Source: Candidatus Undinarchaeales archaeon (GTDB lineage Archaea; SpSt-1190; JASMDC01). From it: a stretch of 64,000 nucleotides of DNA. The notes beneath the pieces are model-generated. The model had not been told where the DNA came from. It ran no database searches and worked only from the letters and a program-made list of their open reading frames with translations. Shown one piece after another: positions 8,382-17,056 of this stretch (positions are counted from its first letter, which is position 1; each line of letters opens with the position of its first letter). The DNA lies in contig JASMDC010000020.1 of the NCBI GenBank assembly GCA_030753015.1, positions 1-64,000 on the forward strand, read 5' to 3'. Both the position numbers and the translations under genes were made by a program.

Positions 8382-11300
8382 CGGTGAAACACGTGGGAAG
8401 GACGTTGACCAGGCAGGGGCGCGGACGACTTGGACGTGGACTGGTCGAGGACGAGAGCGGGTTCATACACGCTGTCGAGGCGGTCCTGTCCATCTTCCTG
8501 CTGATGTTCTACTCCCAGTCGATCCTCCGCACCCCGGTGTTCATCCGAGTCATCCAGGAGGAGGAGGCGACACGTGAGCTGTCCGACCAGATCATGGGCA
8601 TCCTCTCGAGCCTCGACTCGAAGAACTTCCTCGGAGAGGCGGTGTTCGCAGCGGACTTCAACCTCCTGGACAAGACCCTTGAGAACATCCTGCCGGAGCA
8701 TGCTGGATTCTCCTACTCGATCAGCTATATGCAGCCATTCACGTTGGTGGAGCCGACCGAACGGTATGCCTGGACGAACTGGCCCGTCACGGTGTCCCTG
8801 GACCTCCCCAAGGCCACGGACACTGGCTCGATCAACCTGAGGAGCGGGAACGGCGACATAATCCTCCCCCTACAGGTGTCTTGGCCATGGTTCCGGTACC
8901 GCATCGACTTCGGACACAAGCTGACCTCGGCATGGCCCAACTTCACCCTACCCTTGCGGATGTGCGACCTGTACCACGATCCGCGCGATCTCTACAACAT
9001 CACGGAGGAGGACCGGGAGTACATAGTCAACTGCCTACCCGTGTCCGGTCCCGCCGACCTAGTCGAGCTGGAGCCTGCCGACGTCAATGGCGACAACCTC
9101 CTTGACTATCCCGATCCCGGTTCAGTACATCTCTACATGGACGACTGGTACGACGACAGGTGGGATTATCGTCTCCGCGTCTCTACCAAGGCCATCGGCC
9201 CGGCCAACGAGGCCAATGCGTCCATAGCCGTGGGGCTCGCTGACCTCATGGATGCCCAGGGCATTCCCTGTCGCCACGGCCTGGACATGAACAGCACACT
9301 CATCGCCGATCCCTATGGGACGCCCATGAACTACACAGCCGAGTCGCACTGCTGCGGCGACGGTGTATGCAGCTCAACGGAGAACTCGATATCCTGCCAT
9401 CTCGACTGCCCGGGGACGTGCGGTGACGGGCTGTGCGGTGTGGGGGAGAGCAACGCCAACTGCGATCAGGACTGCCTCGATACCTGCGGTAACAACGATT
9501 GTGAGGATGGAGAGGACTCACTCTCCTGTCCCTTCGACTGCCCTCGTCTCTACAAGTCATCATGCGATTGCACAATGTTCCTGAACTGGACCTTCCCGGG
9601 CCCGGTCTCTTACGGCGATAAGCGCACCTTCTTCCTGTACTTCAACACCTTCGATGTCGAGGAACCCGTGAACCGGTGCCGCCCCGACATGAATCCCGTA
9701 AAGGTAGTCTACCGCAACTGCAAGGCGGGCTACACCGATGTCCAAGGCGACTTCGTGTGCACAAACGGCCGCTGTTCCATCAGCGACTGCAGGGTGTACC
9801 CCCGGCTCAAGTGGTCCTACCCCGAGTTCGGTCCGCTTGAAGAAGGGCACTCCTGCCCCCGAAAGGACCTCATCCCCAGCGATCCCAACCTCGTGAGCAC
9901 CTACGGGCCAGTGGAGGTCATCAGCGACCGGGACTATGTGGAGATGCCCATGGAGGTGGTCGACTGGCGTGATGGTCGTGTGTACGAGGACGATGTCGTC
10001 TACTACGGTCTTACCCTCCAACGGCGCCGTGTGCGGGAGGTCAACCACTCAGGCATCCCCTCGTGGAACATGCAGGTTCGCGTGGTAGCGTACAAGGCCA
10101 ACCACACAGTGGAACTGGCCGGTGATGTGACCGGCATCGCCCCCGGGAGCTGCGTGGCCGAAGCAGGTGGCATCAACGATTGCGTCACGGTGGTCCGCGA
10201 GGTCGATGAAGAGGAACAGCTCGGGATGAACACCGAGTCAGTGGAACCCGATTACACCGACCTCCCCTCGCTCACCGAGCCCGTGAAGGCGGAATCCGGC
10301 TCCAAGCACTTCTACGTCTGCACGACGACCGTTGACCTCAACTTCCCCCGCATCTATCCTTCCACCAGGGATGATATGGACATATTCACCATCAACATCA
10401 CCGTCCCCAAGAAGGTGTTCGATGAGCGGACAGGGGTCATCAGGCGTAACTTCCCCAAGAACATCCGGTTACAGTTCTCCATCATGGAGACCCACGACAC
10501 TTCAGCGGTGTTCCCCCGTTGCATGACCAAGTACGAGGACAAGACAGACCTCGAGCTCGCTGCCGACCGCATGGTCGTGCTCCCGACGGGCGAGTCGCTG
10601 GAACTGGCACGCAGCTGGTCCCCCATGAGCAGGCCCTTCATCGCGCCCTATCCCTCGTCCTACGCACGTATCAACTTCCATCTCCCGTTCATCGAGGCAC
10701 CGGGCCCCGCGAACCAGTACCCTGGTGAGGTCCACCGCGATCTTTTCCTGTACTATTCCATGGGGACCGACAAGGACCCACCCGAACCCCCGTCAGCGCC
10801 CACATGCCTTGAGGAAAAGCTCTATTGTGTACGCGGGGACGTGTTCTTCGTCCGGGAGGCTGTGAACAAAGCGCCACGGGCCGACATCTCCTGGATGGAG
10901 AGCTTCCAACCCGCGGAGCACAAACGATTCTATGCCTTCTATCGCGTGGGTACAAACGAGGCACCGGTCACCGGCGAATCCGACCTTGCGCTGGGCAAGA
11001 AGCAAGTGTGCACGGACTGCTTCGCCGATACATGCCCCGATCGCACGTGCACCAACCGTCGCGACGACAACAACAACGGTATCCTCGACGAGACCGAGGT
11101 GCGCTCGGTGTCCAACGTCTCGAGCGATGCCGGATTCTGGTCCTTCACCTACAGCCCGGGCGTGAGCTGCGGAGTCCAGGCCTCCACGGGGCTCGGTGCA
11201 GTGTGCATGCTCAACTCATTCATCTCGAAACGTGCGCTAACGGGGACGGACCTGATGGAAGGGGGTCGGCCGTCTTTCACGATGGAGGTCCCCGGACTTG

Positions 11301-12043
11301 TGGAGGCGGCCATCCCTGCCACCCATAAATCGGCCACTGTCATGGTCGAGGGTCCCGTCCGGAACGTCGTACAGACGATCGCACAGCACGAACTGGGGAC
11401 TGTCATTAACCTATACACGTTCTATCCCTCCTCGACCCTATGGCGGATGAGCAAGACCATCATACCTTCCAATCTCATCAAGGCACCTACGGGAAAAAAC
11501 GTGGGGAACATCACCTTTGCATTCACCGGGGACTGGACCAACGTCACTTACTTCCCGGACAGCATGGACAAGGTCTTCGAGCGGAGGATCGAAGGGGGCC
11601 AGATCGTCGAGTTCGATGTCAGCGAGGACTGGATCACATATTGGAACGCGACCTGCGGGAAGTGGGGCTCCTGCGGGTTCACCGTGGCGCTTTCGGACAA
11701 GGACATGGTCTCTCGGGCCTCAGTGATGCCGGACGCATCGCTCAAACCCAGCATCACCCTTGACATAAAGCGTGAACAGCTCACCCCCTTCAACGCTACG
11801 ACCATCCGCACACTCATGGACTTCAGGGTCGATCCTGCTGAGACGGGCTCCCGGCTCGCTTCCCTCCAGAACAATCCCTTCCGGGTAGAATACGATCGAT
11901 TGATACCGCTCCATGGGGGCGAGGCGGTCCCAGAGAAGACCGTTCCTCCCCACATCTCAACGGGGACAGCAGCCTACGTGGTCACGACCAACGGCCGTAA
12001 AGTCGGGTACTCTTGGCTGCGGTTCCATCTCTGGTATGCCTGA
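8378..12043 (+). CDS. Giant pilin-like surface protein 2, paralog of the previous gene, with CGDG Cys repeats
   Basis: GTGA overlap at 8378-8381. DESG|FIHAVEAVLSIFLLMFY; DVNGDNLLDYPD; WYDDRWDYRLR; APYPSSYA shared with paralog 1; C-terminal WLRFHLW. Confidence 0.8.
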   Translation: MTVKHVGRTLTRQGRGRLGRGLVEDESGFIHAVEAVLSIFLLMFYSQSILRTPVFIRVIQEEEATRELSDQIMGILSSLDSKNFLGEAVFAADFNLLDKTLENILPEHAGFSYSISYMQPFTLVEPTERYAWTNWPVTVSLDLPKATDTGSINLRSGNGDIILPLQVSWPWFRYRIDFGHKLTSAWPNFTLPLRMCDLYHDPRDLYNITEEDREYIVNCLPVSGPADLVELEPADVNGDNLLDYPDPGSVHLYMDDWYDDRWDYRLRVSTKAIGPANEANASIAVGLADLMDAQGIPCRHGLDMNSTLIADPYGTPMNYTAESHCCGDGVCSSTENSISCHLDCPGTCGDGLCGVGESNANCDQDCLDTCGNNDCEDGEDSLSCPFDCPRLYKSSCDCTMFLNWTFPGPVSYGDKRTFFLYFNTFDVEEPVNRCRPDMNPVKVVYRNCKAGYTDVQGDFVCTNGRCSISDCRVYPRLKWSYPEFGPLEEGHSCPRKDLIPSDPNLVSTYGPVEVISDRDYVEMPMEVVDWRDGRVYEDDVVYYGLTLQRRRVREVNHSGIPSWNMQVRVVAYKANHTVELAGDVTGIAPGSCVAEAGGINDCVTVVREVDEEEQLGMNTESVEPDYTDLPSLTEPVKAESGSKHFYVCTTTVDLNFPRIYPSTRDDMDIFTINITVPKKVFDERTGVIRRNFPKNIRLQFSIMETHDTSAVFPRCMTKYEDKTDLELAADRMVVLPTGESLELARSWSPMSRPFIAPYPSSYARINFHLPFIEAPGPANQYPGEVHRDLFLYYSMGTDKDPPEPPSAPTCLEEKLYCVRGDVFFVREAVNKAPRADISWMESFQPAEHKRFYAFYRVGTNEAPVTGESDLALGKKQVCTDCFADTCPDRTCTNRRDDNNNGILDETEVRSVSNVSSDAGFWSFTYSPGVSCGVQASTGLGAVCMLNSFISKRALTGTDLMEGGRPSFTMEVPGLVEAAIPATHKSATVMVEGPVRNVVQTIAQHELGTVINLYTFYPSSTLWRMSKTIIPSNLIKAPTGKNVGNITFAFTGDWTNVTYFPDSMDKVFERRIEGGQIVEFDVSEDWITYWNATCGKWGSCGFTVALSDKDMVSRASVMPDASLKPSITLDIKREQLTPFNATTIRTLMDFRVDPAETGSRLASLQNNPFRVEYDRLIPLHGGEAVPEKTVPPHISTGTAAYVVTTNGRKVGYSWLRFHLWYA
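9350..9541 (+). repeat. Three tandem ~22-aa CG(D/N)xxC...E....C..DC repeats (protein level)
   Basis: CGDGVCSSTENSISCHLDC / CGDGLCGVGESNANCDQDC / CGNNDCEDGEDSLSCPFDC. Confidence 0.85.
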
Positions 12044-12065
12044 GAACAGCTATTTTCCGACCTTG

Positions 12066-13598
12066 TCAAGGAGGGATAGACTTCTGTGCGTTCACCGCAC
12101 AGCGGTCGCCATGCAGGTGCTCGCACCGGTAGCAGCTGCGTCGCTCCTTCCAGTAAAGGCAATAACCCTCCCGACGCTGGCGTTCCGCCTGGCGCAGGAG
12201 CAGCAGTGTACCCATGGTATGGTCCGACACGTCCACGTTGGCGTCCATGAGCACAGCGACCAGCCGTTCAGCGGCGTCGATGCGTGTTTGGGCACGCTCC
12301 TCCCACGGCGGGCCGTCTACCTCATCGAAGGCCACATCGGCATCGGCCCACACAGTATTCCGGTGGATGCGGGCGATCCCATATCGCTCAGGGTGCTGCG
12401 ACATCTCAGATACGCGAGGGATAGTGAGGAGATTGACGACCGCCGTATCGATAGCAGGGGCCAGCCTCCGGACGAGCGCATCGGTGGCAGCAAGGTCTTC
12501 TTCTCTCTCGTCAGGGAACCCCACCATGAGGTTCACCTCACACGCGATGCCTGCATCATGGGCATCCCTGATGATCCGTTCTGCTTCGTCGACGGCTATG
12601 CCCTTGTGGAACCATTCCAGCAGACGTTGGGAGCCCGATTCCAGGCCGAGGTTGAGCTTGATACAGCCTGCCGTACGCATACGTGAGAGGAGCTGACGGT
12701 CGAGGCCCGTCGGCCTCGCATATCCTGACCATCGAACCGATAAGGGCGACAATACATCGCACAGTCCCTCCATGTGACCGGGGGAAATGTTGAGGGTGTT
12801 GTCCGTGAACACGAACTCATCGGCATCGAACCGGTCCACGAGAACGGCCAGGTCTGCGGCCACCCGCTCAGGGGAGCGTACATCCAGAGCATGGCCTAGA
12901 TGATGGGCGCAGTAAGCGCACGAGGCGGGGCACCCGCGAGAGATACGATAGGGTAGCCGCGCCAACTTGTCCCGGTAGCGATCCTCGGGAAGCCCCGTGA
13001 AGTCCGGCGGAGGAAGCTTATCCAAGGGCACCTCATGGGGCGGCGCTGCGCGCACGTCATCCCCCACACGCTCGACCAGCCCAGGCACGTCTCCGGCACC
13101 GGTCGCCAATGCATGGAATGCCTCCTCGGTACCGGCGAGCACGACACCTCGCAGGAATGGGAAGGAGGAGGTGCACGTCTCTGCGAACAGAGCCGCTGCT
13201 GCACCTGCCAGCACCACTTCCGTCCCTTTTTCCGCCAAGGTCCGGGCGAGGGCGAGCGCGGGCATGAGCTGCTCTATCCCAGGAGCGAAAACACCGACAA
13301 GGTCAGCTGAGGAGAGGTCCAGTGGGGACAGTCCGACCATCCGGTCGGCGGTTATGTCCATGTACCTGATACGCACCTTCCCTTGAAGATGGGCTACCGT
13401 ACGGTCCGGATCGTCGAACACACCGGTCTTAACTCTTTTCGACTGTCGCTGCTCGGAGGCCGCGCGCACGGCGAGGTCGTCCAGCTCCACGTCCACGCTC
13501 TTGGCCCGGAGGTATCCGGCCACGGACGCGGGTTCCAGCGGTGGCTCGTACCGGGGCCGGGATGCCGTGGTGGGTGCATTGACCAGAGCGAGGACCAC
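12066..13598 (-). CDS. B12-binding-domain radical SAM protein
   Basis: ISRGCPASCAYC, FTDNTLN, GLESGSQ, LMVGFPDE; N-terminal LVNAP...PPLEPASVAGYL; C-terminal CYRC..C. Start reassigned to GTG 13598 because the track ORF overlaps the divergent gene. Confidence 0.9.
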   Translation of the reverse strand: MVLALVNAPTTASRPRYEPPLEPASVAGYLRAKSVDVELDDLAVRAASEQRQSKRVKTGVFDDPDRTVAHLQGKVRIRYMDITADRMVGLSPLDLSSADLVGVFAPGIEQLMPALALARTLAEKGTEVVLAGAAAALFAETCTSSFPFLRGVVLAGTEEAFHALATGAGDVPGLVERVGDDVRAAPPHEVPLDKLPPPDFTGLPEDRYRDKLARLPYRISRGCPASCAYCAHHLGHALDVRSPERVAADLAVLVDRFDADEFVFTDNTLNISPGHMEGLCDVLSPLSVRWSGYARPTGLDRQLLSRMRTAGCIKLNLGLESGSQRLLEWFHKGIAVDEAERIIRDAHDAGIACEVNLMVGFPDEREEDLAATDALVRRLAPAIDTAVVNLLTIPRVSEMSQHPERYGIARIHRNTVWADADVAFDEVDGPPWEERAQTRIDAAERLVAVLMDANVDVSDHTMGTLLLLRQAERQRREGYCLYWKERRSCYRCEHLHGDRCAVNAQKSIPP

Positions 13599-13621
13599 GG
13601 GACCGACGCTCCTGACAAAGC

Positions 13622-13627
13622 TTATAA
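13622..13627. promoter_or_regulatory. Palindromic TATA box (TTATAA), probably bidirectional
   Basis: Only AT-rich element between divergent starts 13598(-) and 13648/13657(+). Confidence 0.65.
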
Positions 13628-13656
13628 CATTTCCCGACCCCTCGCCGGTGAAGGCC

Positions 13657-15186
13657 ATGGTGACGGTGGGTGTGAGCCCCTGCGACGGGTACGGTCGGGA
13701 AGAGGTCGACAATGCCGTATCGACCGCCCTCGCCAAAGCCGGGGACCTTGCTTCGCTCATTCCTGCGGGAGGGACCGTGCTGGTCAAGCCCAATCTAATC
13801 GAGCCATACCCACCCTGGCGTGCTGCGACGACCCATCCGTCGGTCGTGGAAGCGATTGTCCGTCTGGCAGCGGACACCGGGTGCAGGGTGCTCGTGGGAG
13901 ACTGTGCAGGAGGTAGCGATCCGAAGATGACCGAGCGCGCTCTGGAGATCTCGGGAGTGGCCGAGGCGGCCCGGCGTGCGGGGGGTGAGGTCGTGAACCT
14001 CCAACGAGGTCCGCGTCGAAGGATTAACCTCCCTGAAGCCCATCCCGCGGCCGTGGACGTCGCCGTACCTGTGCTCGACGCCGACCTGATTATTAACCTT
14101 CCCAAGCTCAAGACCCATTCCCTCACTCTCCTCACGGGCGCCGTGAAGAACCTCTACGGCTGCCTCCCCGGACAGGGAAAGTCCGAGGGCCACCGTGCCA
14201 ATCCTCGCAGGGAGGACTTCTCCCAGATGCTCGCCGCGCTCTATGGCGAACTGCGGCCCAGGCTCTCGGTCATGGACGCCGTGGTGGCCATGGAGGGGGA
14301 AGGACCATGTGCGGGCCTGCCTCGGCATGTCGGCCTCGTGCTCGCTGCCACCGATGCGGTCGCACTCGACGCGGTCTCTGCCCACCTCATAGGATATGCT
14401 CCGGGGGCCATCCCTTCCACCCGGATCGCCGCGGCAAGGGGACTGGGCGAGAGCACCCTCGACCGGATCGAGATCGTAGGGCCCGAGCTGGAGCGCTTCA
14501 GGGTACCCGATTTCCGCAAGCCTGTAGCCATGCACGCGGACGGACAGAACGTAATCCCAGAGCTCGAACCGGAGCGATGCACCAGCTGTGGTACGTGTGC
14601 TGCTAACTGCCCCGTCCAGGCCATAACCATGGACCCTCTGCCCGTGTACGACAGGGAGCGATGCATCCACTGCCTCTGCTGCCAGGAGCTGTGCCCCCAA
14701 GGAGCCGTTGCGGCCCGTCCCACCAAGGGCCGTCCACCTCCGAGCCTTGACACTGAGGGGCCCGCGTGGGAGGAGGAGGGAAGACGCGTTCAGCTGTTCC
14801 CCGTGGTCGACCTGGAGGTGCCTCACGGGAGACCGGTGCTCCTTTCCCCCATGATAGGGGCGCTAAAGATGGCCGGGCTCTGCGATGCTATACTGGCTGC
14901 GGATCCGCCTCTTGTGGTCATCGCCCATAGAGTGGATCCAGACATCGCCAATCCGGGTGACGCACGCCCTCTGCTCGACTGCATTCTGGCCATGCGTGAG
15001 CGCGGTATCAACCTCGTGGTAGCCCGGCCGCTCCCTCCCTGCCTGCTTGCCAGGGAGGATGTAGAACTAGCCCGCACATTGGGCGTGCCCTCGGCAGTCG
15101 GTCGCCCTCGTAACGTAGACGCCCTGCCACCCCGATGTCAGAGATGTGTTTACCTGGTGCGGGGACGATGTCAGGGTGCGTGGTGA
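13657..15186 (+). CDS. DUF362-domain protein with a 2x[4Fe-4S] ferredoxin and a Cys-rich C-terminal extension
   Basis: VLVKPNL, TTHP, INLPKLKTH, TGAVKNLYG, MEGEGP; CTSCGTCAANCP and CIHCLCCQELCP; tail CQRC.....C.G. Confidence 0.9.
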   Translation: MVTVGVSPCDGYGREEVDNAVSTALAKAGDLASLIPAGGTVLVKPNLIEPYPPWRAATTHPSVVEAIVRLAADTGCRVLVGDCAGGSDPKMTERALEISGVAEAARRAGGEVVNLQRGPRRRINLPEAHPAAVDVAVPVLDADLIINLPKLKTHSLTLLTGAVKNLYGCLPGQGKSEGHRANPRREDFSQMLAALYGELRPRLSVMDAVVAMEGEGPCAGLPRHVGLVLAATDAVALDAVSAHLIGYAPGAIPSTRIAAARGLGESTLDRIEIVGPELERFRVPDFRKPVAMHADGQNVIPELEPERCTSCGTCAANCPVQAITMDPLPVYDRERCIHCLCCQELCPQGAVAARPTKGRPPPSLDTEGPAWEEEGRRVQLFPVVDLEVPHGRPVLLSPMIGALKMAGLCDAILAADPPLVVIAHRVDPDIANPGDARPLLDCILAMRERGINLVVARPLPPCLLAREDVELARTLGVPSAVGRPRNVDALPPRCQRCVYLVRGRCQGAW

Positions 15187-15222
15187 CGCAGAAAGCCCTG
15201 AGCGGGCTTTATACTGACCGCC

Positions 15223-15474
15223 TCACTCGTCGGTTTTTATCTCCTTTGACTTGTCCACGATCTTCTTAAGGGCGGTGACGATGTCCTCCGCCTTCTCGAT
15301 AGGGACCGTGACATTCGATTTGTACCGGGCGGATCCGTCATCCCGCTTCCACCCCTTCGAGATTCCCACGAACAGTTTGTCACCGTCGGGGGGGCAGGAG
15401 AGCTTGACCTCAACGAAATTTGCCCCGGTTAGTTCCACGGTCTCTTTTGCGAACTCACGCCATGGCTCGGCCAT
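15223..15474 (-). CDS. PC4-like single-stranded nucleic-acid-binding protein
   Basis: 83 aa; beta strands (FVEVKL, FVGISKGW) followed by ...NVTVP and a C-terminal helix, the PC4/whirly-like layout. Confidence 0.55.
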   Translation of the reverse strand: MAEPWREFAKETVELTGANFVEVKLSCPPDGDKLFVGISKGWKRDDGSARYKSNVTVPIEKAEDIVTALKKIVDKSKEIKTDE

Positions 15475-15579
15475 GGCGGGGATGGAGGGGAGTAGCTTTA
15501 ACTACCTTTTGGACAGCGAAGTACCGTAACGATAGGATCCTCTAGTGAATATTACCTTTCTGCAGGGTACGTTAATCGC

Positions 15580-15963
15580 CTACTTTCCGCGTAGGAGCTT
15601 ACGACCCATTATGTCCCAGTACGCGACCTCGCCACCTTCGGTAATGGTCCCGTCAAAGTCGTCCGGGACAGGGATCTCGAAGGTCTCGTAGGACTGGTTG
15701 TCCATAAGCTGCACGCGACCCTCGTGAACAGAGAGCACCTGGCCAATACGCTTGTCAACAATGGGAACAGAGACCTTGTTGTGGCTTGGCTGGACTATTG
15801 CGCGCTTTTGGCCATCAAAGATGCCAACGGCCTCCATACGTACCTTGGCATGGCCGTGCTTGCCGGGCGCGGATGATTGCGTGCTGACGACACGGCAGGG
15901 TTCTCCATCCAGGAGGATGAACTTACCCTTCTTGAGCGTGTTGATAGCGGCCTTCTCGATCAT
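15580..15963 (-). CDS. eif5a: Translation factor aIF5A
   Basis: Hypusine-site motif SAPGKHGHAK; VQLMD..YETFE. Confidence 0.97.
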   Translation of the reverse strand: MIEKAAINTLKKGKFILLDGEPCRVVSTQSSAPGKHGHAKVRMEAVGIFDGQKRAIVQPSHNKVSVPIVDKRIGQVLSVHEGRVQLMDNQSYETFEIPVPDDFDGTITEGGEVAYWDIMGRKLLRGK

Positions 15964-15985
15964 GAAATTGACCGCGCATCGAATC

Positions 15986-15994
15986 TTTTAAATA
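15986..15994. promoter_or_regulatory. TATA box (TTTTAAATA) shared by divergent eif5a and nob1
   Basis: Palindromic TTTAAA roughly equidistant from starts 15963(-) and 16020(+). Confidence 0.65.
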
Positions 15995-16019
15995 TGTTCC
16001 GAGAACGCGGGACTCCGGT

Positions 16020-16481
16020 ATGCGCTTCGTACTGGACGCATCCGCAGTGCTCGAAGGTGATCCCAATCCAGACGATGAGCTCTTCACGGTACCAGGGGTC
16101 ATGTTGGAACTGCGCAGCCAGGACGCGCAGACCGCGCTCGAGCGTCTGAGCGTAACCGTGCGCAAACCGGGCAACGATGCTCTGCGCCGCGCCCGTGCAG
16201 CAGCGGAGCGTACGGGGGATTCCCACCGGCTCTCCGAGACAGACACCGCCCTCATCGCCCTCGCACTGGAGGAGGGTGTTCCGCTGTTCACGAACGACTT
16301 CTCGATCCAGAACACATGTCGGGAGCTGGGAGTACCCTACGTCTCCCCCCGGGACGAGATCACACGGTCCTTCCGATGGGAACTTATGTGTCGTGACTGT
16401 GGCAAACGTCTGGAGCGGGCAGGCGAGTGCCCCGTGTGCGGCGGAGAGTCACGGATACGGCGCACGAAGCAACGTCGCTAA
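16020..16481 (+). CDS. nob1: Nob1-like rRNA maturation endonuclease (PIN plus Zn ribbon)
   Basis: FVLDASA, TGD..RLSETD..LIALA, TNDFSIQN, CRDC...CPVCG. Confidence 0.92.
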   Translation: MRFVLDASAVLEGDPNPDDELFTVPGVMLELRSQDAQTALERLSVTVRKPGNDALRRARAAAERTGDSHRLSETDTALIALALEEGVPLFTNDFSIQNTCRELGVPYVSPRDEITRSFRWELMCRDCGKRLERAGECPVCGGESRIRRTKQRR

Positions 16482-17023
16482 AGGTCCAGCATGGCTTCAT
16501 AAAGCCCCGGGCAGAGCGTGCGCAGGAGCTGGAAGAAAGCCAGGATGAGGTAGACCGAGGATGCTAGTCCTGCGATGATTGCCGCCTGCTTGCGTGGGAT
16601 GGTCCTCTCGTAGAGATCGGTCATAGACGCTATGAACGAGAAGCACACCACGAAAAAGAACACCAATCGTCTGAACAGCCTAAAGACACCCGTGATCGAT
16701 TCTCGGCCAAGGTAGAACACCGGATAGAACAAGAAGAGGGCTAGGAGCGCCATGATGAAGCCTAGATAAACCGCCTGATAGTCGCGTTTGAGGGACTGTT
16801 CCTTTTGGAGCGTGGAGAGCACCACTATCAGGGGCAAACCAAGCGCCGACGTAAGGTAGAACACGGCGGGGAGGCCGAGCACGCCCTCTGCCAGCTCGTC
16901 CATACCGACCGCCGCAGGTGAGCGGTAAAGCGCACTGAGAAGCGCGGCGTTCACGGCGCCCATGAGGAACACCATGACCATGAGCGCACCAAGGTCCAGC
17001 TCTCGCTTGGCGAGCATGCTCAC
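16478..17023 (-). CDS. Integral membrane protein (~5 TM), unknown function
   Basis: Several hydrophobic helices; TATA-like TTAATAA at about 17042-17048. Confidence 0.7.
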   Translation of the reverse strand: MSMLAKRELDLGALMVMVFLMGAVNAALLSALYRSPAAVGMDELAEGVLGLPAVFYLTSALGLPLIVVLSTLQKEQSLKRDYQAVYLGFIMALLALFLFYPVFYLGRESITGVFRLFRRLVFFFVVCFSFIASMTDLYERTIPRKQAAIIAGLASSVYLILAFFQLLRTLCPGLYEAMLDL

Positions 17024-17056
17024 CTACCGTGCGACGAACACTTATTAACCTGATCG

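Noticed and set aside
12066-15186. Apparent 600-bp overlap of two long divergent ORFs
   Set aside because: Artefact of over-extended starts; recognisable homology begins at ~13598(-) and ~13650(+).
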